A DNA stretch of 64,000 nucleotides from assembly GCA_017451505.1 (NCBI GenBank), contig JAFTOF010000005.1, positions 19,567 to 83,566 of the forward strand, given 5' to 3'. The notes beneath the pieces were generated by a model. It did not search any database, was not told the origin of the DNA, and saw nothing but the letters and a program-made list of their open reading frames with translations. This document shows positions 1 through 8,473 of this stretch, piece by piece. This stretch comes from Clostridia bacterium. GTDB lineage: Bacteria > Bacillota > Clostridia > UMGS1883. The number at the start of each line of letters is the position of its first letter. Positions within the stretch are counted from its first letter, which is position 1. Made by a program: the position numbers and the translations under genes.

Positions 1-284
1 AAAATATGCAAGATGTTCCCGATGACAAACGCAGTGCAAGATTTGTGTGCGTAATAACCCTTGTAAGTAGTGAAGGAATAATCACAGCAAGAGGCGAGTG
101 CGAGGGAAAAATCGATTATTCACCCAAGGGTGAAAACGGTTTTGGTTATGACCCTGTATTCTTTGTAGAACAATTTGGTAAAACCATGGCAGAGGTTTCT
201 CCCGAAGAAAAAAACGCCATCAGCCACAGAGGAAAAGCTCTCGAAATCTTCGCAGAAAAGCTTAATAAAAAGGAATATAATTAA
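1..284 (+). CDS. rdgB: RdgB/HAM1 non-canonical purine NTP pyrophosphatase, 5'-truncated by window
   Basis: ARFVCVI...GFGYDPVF...TMAE...EKNAISHRGKAL is the HAM1 C-terminal signature. Confidence 0.93.
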   Translation, partial: NMQDVPDDKRSARFVCVITLVSSEGIITARGECEGKIDYSPKGENGFGYDPVFFVEQFGKTMAEVSPEEKNAISHRGKALEIFAEKLNKKEYN

Positions 285-485
285 CACAAGGTGCCACTAC
301 AAAGTGACACCCTGTGTTAAATTCTATGGTCAAGGAGGACATGTGCCTCCGCAGACCATTCCTTGCGGAGTTGCGAGTCGCATCGCTATGCGATGCACGA
401 CGGCGCGAGCGAACAACTCCGAAAACCTCGAAAGAAAACGGTGGAATCACCTTTTCTTTCGAAAGCAAAGCTTTGCTTTGCGTCT

Positions 486-614
486 TTAGCAGCCGCAACC
501 GCAACCGTTGTCATTGTTACCATTACCGCAGATGCAGTTAAGGATAACTACGATAACGATAATCCAGAGAATCCATTCGCAACCACAGCCATTATTGTTA
601 TTTCCAAAGCACAT
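486..614 (-). CDS. 42-aa Cys/Gly/Asn-rich membrane microprotein, probably spore-associated (missing from ORF track)
   Basis: Manual translation MCFGNNNNGCGCEWILWIIVIVVILNCICGNGNNDNGCGCGC*; RBS AAAGGAG upstream; SigK-like promoter upstream. Confidence 0.8.
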   Translation of the reverse strand: MCFGNNNNGCGCEWILWIIVIVVILNCICGNGNNDNGCGCGC

Positions 615-675
615 AAAAAGTAGCTCCTTTCAATTTTGAAAATCAATCTATATTAAGTAGGTCGCCCTACAATAT

Positions 676-704
676 TAATCTATGAACAAAGCTTCGAAAA
701 TGTT
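676..704 (-). promoter_or_regulatory. SigK-type promoter for the 486-614 microprotein
   Basis: Minus strand reads AACA-N16-CATAGATTA, matching the SigK consensus mACm-N16-CATAnnnTA. Confidence 0.55.
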
Positions 705-778
705 TATGAATTTTGTGATAATTCCAAAAAATCGGGCAACAATAGGTGTATATTCCAATATAGAAAGGATTTTGAAAA

Positions 779-1072
779 ATGAAAAAGCTAATTTGTATGA
801 TGGCTGCGGTAATGCTTCTCTTTACTGCATGCGGAAACAACGATGCAAATGACGACACTAATAACGGTGTAGTACAGGACGGAGACGGAATCATCGAGGA
901 TGATCGTGAAAACAGCGTTGCAGATGATATGGCAGACGGTGCAAATGACATGGTAGACGGTGCAACCGATGCTATGGATGATGCAGCAAACGGCGTGGAA
1001 AATGCTGTTGATGATATGACAGACAGCAACAAGACAGATAATAATAACAATAATAAAGACAACAACAAATAA
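779..1072 (+). CDS. Small Asp/Asn-rich lipoprotein with about 11-aa repeats
   Basis: Lipobox LFTAC; acidic low-complexity repeats; RBS AGAAAGGA; SigF/G-like -10 GGCAACAATA near 735-744. Confidence 0.8.
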   Translation: MKKLICMMAAVMLLFTACGNNDANDDTNNGVVQDGDGIIEDDRENSVADDMADGANDMVDGATDAMDDAANGVENAVDDMTDSNKTDNNNNNKDNNK

Positions 1073-1116
1073 CATTCGGGGATTTATATCCCCATACATA
1101 GATTGGAGGAATACAG

Positions 1117-2373
1117 TTGGACAGAATTGAGCTGAAAAAGGGTATAAATCTGTATACCTTAAAGGATGACAAGTTTAAGTCCTTCAGAGCGTGTGTGCTT
1201 TTGCACCGGCCCCTTAGTCGGGAAGAGGTAACTTTAAATACTCTTTTAACTGCAACCATGCGTATGCAAAGCAAGAATTTTCCTTCCGCACGTGAAATTT
1301 CAGAGGAACTGGAAAACCTTTACGGTGGAGAAATGATTGCAAGAGCGAGCAAGTACGGCGAAAGACACATAATTAAATTGGGTGTCCAGTCCGTCAGCGA
1401 TAACGCTTTGGGAGAGAAGGGAAACTTCAAAAGAGCAATGAAGCTTCTTTATGATTTGGTCCTAAACAGCGGAACAGGCGAGGGATTTTCGGAAGATGTA
1501 GTAAGAATAGAAAAGAAAAATATTGCAGATTCCATTTCAGCACAGAAAAATGACAAAAGAGGCTACAGTGTTTTAAGGCTTCAGGAGGAGATGTGTAAGG
1601 GCGAGCCATATGGCGTTAATCCTATGGGATATATAGAGGACTTGGAGAGAATAGACACAAACGAGCTTTATGCTCATTATAAAAAGGTACTTTGTGAAAG
1701 CCGCATTGATATTTTCTTTACAGGTAATTTTGATGAGGAGGAAGCAAAGCTTGCAGCCTCTCAGTTTGCCGAAAATCTTAATGAGCGTGAAATACCACCA
1801 ATAAAAGAAGTGCATAAAGAAGTAAAAGGTGAAGTAAGAAGCGTAAGCGATAAAATGGACGTGACCCAAGGTAAGCTTTGCATGGGGTTTCGGTGCAGGG
1901 AGGGCTTAGGCCGCGAGGACTATGCCAAAACCGTTGTGTATAACTGTATGTTCGGCGGCAGTGCCGTAAGTAAGCTCTTTAACAATGTGCGTGAAAAGCT
2001 CAGCCTTTGCTACTACGTCGGAAGCTCTGTTGACCGACTCAAGGAAATTATGATTGTACGCAGTGGCGTAGAATTTGAAAATTTCAAGACTGCTTATGAT
2101 GAAATTATGAATCAGCAGGAAATGATGGAAAACGGGGATTTTACAGAGGAAGAAATCGAATTTGCAAAAAAACAGCTTACCTCTGCATACGAAGCTAATA
2201 TTGACAGCATCGCCTCTATGGAGGAATATTATATGATGCAGCTTCTTTTGGAAACCGATATTTCCATACCCGAGATGGTTGACATGGTAAATAAGGTAAC
2301 TCGGGAGGACATCATCTTTGTTGCAAAAGGGATGAGGCTTGACACAGTATATTATATGGAGGGGGAAGCGTAA
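1117..2373 (+). CDS. ymfF: M16 family peptidase, non-catalytic subunit (YmfF-like)
   Basis: TTG start after GGAGG; SKLFNNVREKLSLCYY, VTQGKLCMG; no HxxEH; paired with the following M16 gene. Confidence 0.85.
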   Translation: MDRIELKKGINLYTLKDDKFKSFRACVLLHRPLSREEVTLNTLLTATMRMQSKNFPSAREISEELENLYGGEMIARASKYGERHIIKLGVQSVSDNALGEKGNFKRAMKLLYDLVLNSGTGEGFSEDVVRIEKKNIADSISAQKNDKRGYSVLRLQEEMCKGEPYGVNPMGYIEDLERIDTNELYAHYKKVLCESRIDIFFTGNFDEEEAKLAASQFAENLNEREIPPIKEVHKEVKGEVRSVSDKMDVTQGKLCMGFRCREGLGREDYAKTVVYNCMFGGSAVSKLFNNVREKLSLCYYVGSSVDRLKEIMIVRSGVEFENFKTAYDEIMNQQEMMENGDFTEEEIEFAKKQLTSAYEANIDSIASMEEYYMMQLLLETDISIPEMVDMVNKVTREDIIFVAKGMRLDTVYYMEGEA

Positions 2374-2374
2374 T

Positions 2375-3667
2375 ATGGAATTTACACGTAAACACTACGA
2401 CAGTTTGAATGAAACGATATATTCTGCTACCCACGAAAGCGGACTTAAGGTTATACTTATAAAAAAAGAAGGCTTTAAGAAAAACTACGCTACTTTCAGC
2501 ACTAAATATGGCTCCATAAATACACAGTTTGTAGTTCCGGGAGAAAATGAGGTTACATGTGTTACCCCCGGTATAGCACATTTTCTGGAGCATAAGGTTT
2601 TTGAACAACCCGACGGCAGTAATGCCTTTAACGATTTTTCAAAGTACGGAGCAAATGCCAATGCTTTTACAAGCTTTGGGGTGACAAACTATCTTTTCAG
2701 CTGTACCGATTACTTCTTTGAAAATCTCGAAATTTTATTAAACTTTGTACAAACTCCTTATTTCACGGAAGAAAATGTGGAAAAGGAAAAAGGCATTATA
2801 GCACAGGAAATTAAAATGTATAAGGATGACCCGGAGCAGACATGTATGTACAACTGCCTTGAGGCAATGTACGAAAAGCATCCTGTACGAATAAACATAG
2901 CAGGCGACGTGGAGGACATCATGAAAACCACCCCCGAGCTTCTTTATAAGTGCTATAAGACCTTTTATCATCCCTCAAATATGGCATTAATCTGCGTGGG
3001 GAATATAGATGAGGATAAGCTTTGGGAATGTGTTGAAAAGAATATTAAGCCCGTACCCTCGCAGGAAAAGATAACACAGGTATTCCCTACTGAGGGAAAG
3101 AACGTGTACAAAAGCCGTATTGAGGCGGAATTTGATATTCCCACACCAATGTTTATGATTGGATTTAAGGATAATGCCACGGGCGGATGCAGTGATGAAA
3201 TTCTTAAAAGAGAGGTTCTCACAACCTGTCTTCTCCGCACTCTTTTCGGCAGAAGCAGTTCGTTTTATGAAAAGCTTTATGAGGAGGGCATAATAAATAA
3301 AACCTTCTCAGCTTTTTACGAATATGAGGAAAGCTGCGGATATGCGGCGTTTTTCGGTGAGTCGGAGAAAATAGATGAAGTAAAGGGCAGAATCTTTGAA
3401 ACTGTAAAAGCTGCAAAGGATTATGGCATAGATAAGGAAAGCTTTGAAAGGGCGAAGAAAGTTCTTTGCGGACAGTTTATGGCAATTCTTGACAAGGTGG
3501 AAAGCCTTGGCAACGAGTATATGATGGCATATCACAAGGGCGTAAATCTTTTTGAATATGCCGATGTATGCAAAGCTCTTACCGTAGAAGATGCACAAAA
3601 GAGAATAGATGAACTCTTTAACGAGTCCCAGTGTGCAGTTTCGGCGGTTTTCCCTAAGAAGGAGTGA
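2375..3667 (+). CDS. ymfH: M16 family zinc peptidase (YmfH-like)
   Basis: GIAHFLEHKVFE (HxxEH), NAFTS, EKGIIAQEI. Confidence 0.9.
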   Translation: MEFTRKHYDSLNETIYSATHESGLKVILIKKEGFKKNYATFSTKYGSINTQFVVPGENEVTCVTPGIAHFLEHKVFEQPDGSNAFNDFSKYGANANAFTSFGVTNYLFSCTDYFFENLEILLNFVQTPYFTEENVEKEKGIIAQEIKMYKDDPEQTCMYNCLEAMYEKHPVRINIAGDVEDIMKTTPELLYKCYKTFYHPSNMALICVGNIDEDKLWECVEKNIKPVPSQEKITQVFPTEGKNVYKSRIEAEFDIPTPMFMIGFKDNATGGCSDEILKREVLTTCLLRTLFGRSSSFYEKLYEEGIINKTFSAFYEYEESCGYAAFFGESEKIDEVKGRIFETVKAAKDYGIDKESFERAKKVLCGQFMAILDKVESLGNEYMMAYHKGVNLFEYADVCKALTVEDAQKRIDELFNESQCAVSAVFPKKE

Positions 3668-3671
3668 AAAC

Positions 3672-4457
3672 ATGAATAATATATCTTTTCCGAGGTTAGG
3701 CTTAAGCTTTGATATAAATCCCGTTGCAATAAAGCTCCCCTATTTCGGGGGAGTTCACTGGTACGGAGTCATTATTGCAGCAGGAATCATTCTTGCCCTG
3801 TGCTACTGCGTAAGGGTAGCACAGAGGGAGGGAGTCCCCTCCGATAATGTGTACGATACCCTTATTTACTCGCTCCCTGTGGCAATAGTTTGTGCAAGGC
3901 TTTATTACGTGATTTTCTCGTGGGAGAAATACAAAGACAGCCTTCTCGACATATTAAAAATATGGGAGGGCGGACTTGCCATATACGGAGGAATTATAGG
4001 TGCCATAATCGCGGGGGTTACATATTTCAAAATTAAAAAGCTGGGAATCCTTAAAATGTGTGACATCTGCTGCCTTGGCCTTATTATCGGACAAATCGTG
4101 GGAAGGTGGGGCAATTTTGTTAATGCTGAGGCTTTCGGTGGCTACTGCGGACATATATGGGGAATGAGCATAAACGGAGGAATGAGTGTGCATCCCGCAT
4201 TCCTCTATGAATCCTTATGGAATCTAATTGGATTTATAATTCTTTCGAGGCTTCATAAGAAAAGACCTTTTTACGGATTTACTTTCTTTTCATATTTAAC
4301 ATGGTACGGAACAGGCAGATTCTTTATTGAGGGACTCAGGACGGATAGCCTTTATATAGGTCCCTTGCGTGTTTCACAGATTGTGGCACTTTTATGTGTG
4401 ATAACGGGAATAACCGTGCTTAGTTACTTATCCGCAAAAAACAAAACCAAGAAATAG
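3672..4457 (+). CDS. lgt: Prolipoprotein diacylglyceryl transferase
   Basis: HWYG, ARLYYV, WEGGLAIYGG, GRWGNFVNAE, HPAFLYES, RFFIEGLRTD. Confidence 0.95.
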   Translation: MNNISFPRLGLSFDINPVAIKLPYFGGVHWYGVIIAAGIILALCYCVRVAQREGVPSDNVYDTLIYSLPVAIVCARLYYVIFSWEKYKDSLLDILKIWEGGLAIYGGIIGAIIAGVTYFKIKKLGILKMCDICCLGLIIGQIVGRWGNFVNAEAFGGYCGHIWGMSINGGMSVHPAFLYESLWNLIGFIILSRLHKKRPFYGFTFFSYLTWYGTGRFFIEGLRTDSLYIGPLRVSQIVALLCVITGITVLSYLSAKNKTKK

Positions 4458-4502
4458 TTGGGGATTTTGACGGAATAATGTCAATTATTAAAAAATAACC
4501 TA

Positions 4503-4531
4503 TTGACTTATTTCCCCTTTCAAGGTAAAAT
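4503..4531 (+). promoter_or_regulatory. SigA promoter of the SLH protein gene
   Basis: TTGACT-N17-TAAAAT. Confidence 0.6.
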
Positions 4532-4577
4532 AAAATTACAACTCATATAAACACATTTGATACAAAGGAGAGATATT

Positions 4578-7334
4578 ATGAGAAGTTTAAAAAGAATTGT
4601 CACTACACTTCTTGCACTTGTGATGATACTTACATGTGTAGGCATTCCCACATTTGCGGCAGATTTCAGTGATATTACAGATCAGAAGGTGTCCGAGGCA
4701 GTAAATAAACTTGTAGCACATGGCATTATTACAGGCTACGAGGACGGCACCTTCAGACCCGACAATCAGATTACAAGAGCGGAGTTTGCCGCTATTGTAA
4801 CAAGGATGAAAGGCGTTGAAAATAATTTCGGTCCCGACGCTGTTACAGGGTTTTCCGATCTTGACAATGATACATCCCGTGCATGGGCACGTCCCTATGT
4901 AAAGGCTGCTGTTGACCTCAAGATTATTAATGGATTTGAAGATGGTACATTCAGAGCTGGCGAGCCTGTTACATATGAGCAGGCTGTTAAGATGCTTGTT
5001 TGTGCTGTTGGATATGAGGTCGTTGCACAGAGCGAGCTTAATAGGATTAAGGTTACCAATCCTAATGCAACATGGTCGGCAGGATATATTTCAGCAGCCG
5101 TTAAGCATGGTATTACCAAAAATGCTTATACAGCTCAGGTTACACAGCCTGCCTCCCGTGGAGTAGTTGCAGTTATTACGAGTAACTCCCTTGAAGTGCC
5201 TAAATTACAGGTGGATGAAAACGGTAACTATGTCCTTCCCGAAGAAGGGGAGCAGGAAACCGAAAGTAATATAAAAACAATCATAGGCACAGTAACTGGA
5301 ACCTTTTATACAGGACTTTCCGACGATGAAACCGGACTTCAGGAAGATGAAATAGCAATTGATGCTAACAAGGATGAGTACGACGGTAATTATACTATAA
5401 ACAGAGATTATTTTGAAACAATAGACCTTGATAATCTTATTGGAAGAAAGGTAACTGCCTACTATGATAGTCTCGAAGGTGAGATTACAAAAATTGATAT
5501 AAGCTCTTCTTCATCTGAGTATATTGAGGAGAGTAGTATTGACAGTATTGATGGAACGGTCATAAGGTTTGAAAAATCAAACGGTTCTATGGCTACCGAG
5601 GACATGAGTGAATTTATCCTTATAGTTAACGGTAAGTATGTTGACAGTTATAATTTCAAGGATAACTTTAAAAATGGTAGAATCGAGTTGTTCAATTCCA
5701 CACAGGGAAGAATTGCTAAGGTAGAAAGCTATCATGTATTTGTTGTCAGCAATTATGACAGAGAAAATGCCAAATTCTTCATGAAGTACGGTGCCAAATA
5801 TAAAAACAATAATTATTATGAGTTCCCTGCGCACGATAGCAAAAAACCCGTGTTGTATGTTAAGGGCTCAGGTGGTTCCAAATATGATAAAATAGCATTT
5901 AGTTCACTCACTCTTTCGACTTATGACGTAATAAATTATCTTGAATCTCCCGATGGAACAGCGGGCGATCCTGTTCGTAAGATGTACGTGACAAAAGGGG
6001 CTAAGCAGGGCAAGGTAACTTCAAGCTACGACGAACCGAGAAAAGTAGAACTTGACGGAAATGTTATGTATCTTACGCAGCAGTATGCAACGTTTGGAGG
6101 AAATACTACAGATCCGAAAGCTCCGTTTGAAGTTTCAGACAAATATTCCTACTACCTTGATTGCACAGGTCAAGTAGCTGCGGTTAAGTATGTTCCCACA
6201 AATTCTACAGGTAATTGGGAATATGGATATCTGGTAGAAGCAGACTACAGGACAGAGCAGGTGGGCATAGTAACAACTTCCGGAAGTTATAAAGCATTTA
6301 CGCTCAGGAGCACAGTGGATGTCGATGGTACTCCTACTCCTTCCGAGGATGTTTTCACAGCACTTAGCAGCTCTTCAACAACAGCAAATGCAGCAATAAA
6401 AAGTATCCTGACAGAAACAACAACCGGCGGGTACGCACAACCCGTTAGATATTCCGTTTCAGGGGGCAAAATTGAGGCTATTGATACTGTTGCAACAGGT
6501 GGAAACGGTGGATTTACCTATGATGGTGTAGTAAGTGGAAAGGCAAGTTCTTCTCAAAACCGAGTAACCTCAGGAGGACAAAATTTTGTTGTGTCTTCTT
6601 CAACCGTAGTTATTTATGCTCCTACTGATAGGTTAAAGACCGATAAATATGTGGGAACAAATCCAAGCACCGCATTTAAGGTAGCTGGCAATAGTTATGT
6701 TGATGTATTTGCAGTAGATTCTTCAACTAAGACTGCAGGTATGGTTGTTGTGTACGGCGATAATCCTCTTCACAAGTTCCTTGGCTCATCTCCCTACATG
6801 TTTGTAACAAGAATTATCAGTGGCGGAGAAAAACTTGAGGGCTATGTAAAAGGAAAATCATCAACCGATACAGTTAATGTTTCCAAAGACGATTTTGAAA
6901 CGGATATTGACAGCAATACAAATCTTGTAGCTGTTGCAGATGTCGGAGAGGGCGACGTAATTCGTTATATCACAGATATATCAGGTGAAATTATAGCAAT
7001 AGAGATGGTATACGATGCAAGTAACCAAGCAAAACTTCTCTTAGCAGGTACCGCAGACACTCATAAAGATGAAGATGGTTCAGTCCTTGACATTAGAATC
7101 GGTACTGTTGACATGAAGAGCAACGATACCATTACCCTTGACTATTCTTCTACAACAAGAACGTATACAACAGGCGGTACAACTGTGTTTAAGCTTTCTA
7201 ATGGTGTTCCTGTGACAACAACTATTGATGAGGTTTATGCTGACGATGATATGGGATATAGTGAGGTTATTGTTATATCAAGTAATGTATCAAACGCAGA
7301 AACGAAGGCAAATGTAATCTACGTTTTAAAATAA
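4578..7334 (+). CDS. S-layer homology (SLH) domain cell-surface protein
   Basis: Signal peptide ending TFA; SLH repeats GIITGYEDGTFRPDNQITRAEF and IINGFEDGTFRAGEPVTYEQ; Ser/Thr/Gly-rich body. Confidence 0.9.
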   Translation: MRSLKRIVTTLLALVMILTCVGIPTFAADFSDITDQKVSEAVNKLVAHGIITGYEDGTFRPDNQITRAEFAAIVTRMKGVENNFGPDAVTGFSDLDNDTSRAWARPYVKAAVDLKIINGFEDGTFRAGEPVTYEQAVKMLVCAVGYEVVAQSELNRIKVTNPNATWSAGYISAAVKHGITKNAYTAQVTQPASRGVVAVITSNSLEVPKLQVDENGNYVLPEEGEQETESNIKTIIGTVTGTFYTGLSDDETGLQEDEIAIDANKDEYDGNYTINRDYFETIDLDNLIGRKVTAYYDSLEGEITKIDISSSSSEYIEESSIDSIDGTVIRFEKSNGSMATEDMSEFILIVNGKYVDSYNFKDNFKNGRIELFNSTQGRIAKVESYHVFVVSNYDRENAKFFMKYGAKYKNNNYYEFPAHDSKKPVLYVKGSGGSKYDKIAFSSLTLSTYDVINYLESPDGTAGDPVRKMYVTKGAKQGKVTSSYDEPRKVELDGNVMYLTQQYATFGGNTTDPKAPFEVSDKYSYYLDCTGQVAAVKYVPTNSTGNWEYGYLVEADYRTEQVGIVTTSGSYKAFTLRSTVDVDGTPTPSEDVFTALSSSSTTANAAIKSILTETTTGGYAQPVRYSVSGGKIEAIDTVATGGNGGFTYDGVVSGKASSSQNRVTSGGQNFVVSSSTVVIYAPTDRLKTDKYVGTNPSTAFKVAGNSYVDVFAVDSSTKTAGMVVVYGDNPLHKFLGSSPYMFVTRIISGGEKLEGYVKGKSSTDTVNVSKDDFETDIDSNTNLVAVADVGEGDVIRYITDISGEIIAIEMVYDASNQAKLLLAGTADTHKDEDGSVLDIRIGTVDMKSNDTITLDYSSTTRTYTTGGTTVFKLSNGVPVTTTIDEVYADDDMGYSEVIVISSNVSNAETKANVIYVLK

Positions 7335-7344
7335 ATAACATTTT

Positions 7345-7387
7345 TTCAAGGTAAAGAGTAAAAGCTCTTTACCTTGAATTTTTTTTG
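7345..7387 (+). terminator. Rho-independent terminator
   Basis: ttcaaggtaaagag/ctctttaccttgaa stem followed by a T run. Confidence 0.85.
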
Positions 7388-7426
7388 TGGTAAAATGGTT
7401 ATATTAGATTTAAAAAGGTGATTAAA

Positions 7427-8473
7427 ATGCAAAGGCGTATTTCAAAACAAATAAATGTAGGCGGTGTGCTTATCGGCGGAAATGCCCCCATAAGCGTACA
7501 GTCAATGTGTAATACCGATACGCGTGATATAGCGGCAACGGTAACGCAAATTAACGCACTTAAAGAAGCAGGGTGTGACATAGTACGCCTTGCAGTACTT
7601 GATATTGAGGCGGCAAAGGCAATTTCTGAAATTAAAAAACAGGTGGAAATCCCCCTTGTAGCCGACATTCATTTTGATTATCGCCTTGCAATAGAATGTG
7701 CAAAGGGCGGCGTGGACAAAATTCGCATTAACCCCGGTAATATCGGTTCGCCCGACCGTGTGCGTGTTGTTGCCGACGAATGTGGAAGCCGTAATATTCC
7801 CATACGCATTGGCGTAAATGGTGGCTCCCTTGAAAAAGAGCTTCTGGAAAAATACAAATCACCTACACCCGACGCACTGTGCGAAAGTGCAATGGGGCAT
7901 ATAAAGCTTTTGGAGGACTGCGGATTTTACGATATTGCCCTCTCCATAAAATCAAGTAACGTTCTTTCAACCGTTCAGGCATACCGAAAGATAGCAGATA
8001 TGATAGACTACCCATTACATATCGGTGTAACCGAGGCAGGGACAGAGTACGGCGGCGTAGTTAAAAACAGTATCGGGATAGGAAGCCTTCTTCTTGACGG
8101 AATCGGTGATACCCTCCGTGTTTCATTGACAGCACCGCCTGTGCGTGAGGTTACGGCAGGTATAGAAATACTTAAAGCTCTGGGATTAAGGGGAGGTGCA
8201 CGCCTTGTAAGCTGTCCCACCTGTGGCAGATGCCGTGTAAATATGATTCCCATAGCAGACGAAATAACTCAGCGTATTGCAAAAGTTGACAAGGACATAA
8301 CCGTAGCCGTAATGGGATGTGCAGTGAACGGTCCGGGCGAGGCAAGGGAGGCCGACATCGGTATTGCCTGCGGAGTGGGCGAGGCCCTGATGTTCAGGCA
8401 TGGCGAAACTCTGCGGAAAATCCCCATAGAAAATGCAGCAGATGAGCTTATGAAGGAAATAGAGGAATTGTGA
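7427..8473 (+). CDS. ispG: (E)-4-hydroxy-3-methylbut-2-enyl-diphosphate synthase
   Basis: SVQSMCNT, VADIHFDY, RINPGNIG, PLHIGVTEAG, SCPTCGR, VMGCAVNGPGEA. Confidence 0.97.
   Translation: MQRRISKQINVGGVLIGGNAPISVQSMCNTDTRDIAATVTQINALKEAGCDIVRLAVLDIEAAKAISEIKKQVEIPLVADIHFDYRLAIECAKGGVDKIRINPGNIGSPDRVRVVADECGSRNIPIRIGVNGGSLEKELLEKYKSPTPDALCESAMGHIKLLEDCGFYDIALSIKSSNVLSTVQAYRKIADMIDYPLHIGVTEAGTEYGGVVKNSIGIGSLLLDGIGDTLRVSLTAPPVREVTAGIEILKALGLRGGARLVSCPTCGRCRVNMIPIADEITQRIAKVDKDITVAVMGCAVNGPGEAREADIGIACGVGEALMFRHGETLRKIPIENAADELMKEIEEL

Noticed and set aside
175-623. ORF-track entries 175-489, 262-504, 314-541 and 363-623
   Set aside because: They overlap each other across a GC-rich hairpin region and lack protein-like composition; the 486-614 minus-strand ORF with RBS and promoter explains the coding signal better
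1117-2373. M16 peptidase lacking HxxEH as a pseudogene
   Set aside because: An inactive plus active M16 pair (YmfF/YmfH) is the normal arrangement, and the ORF is intact
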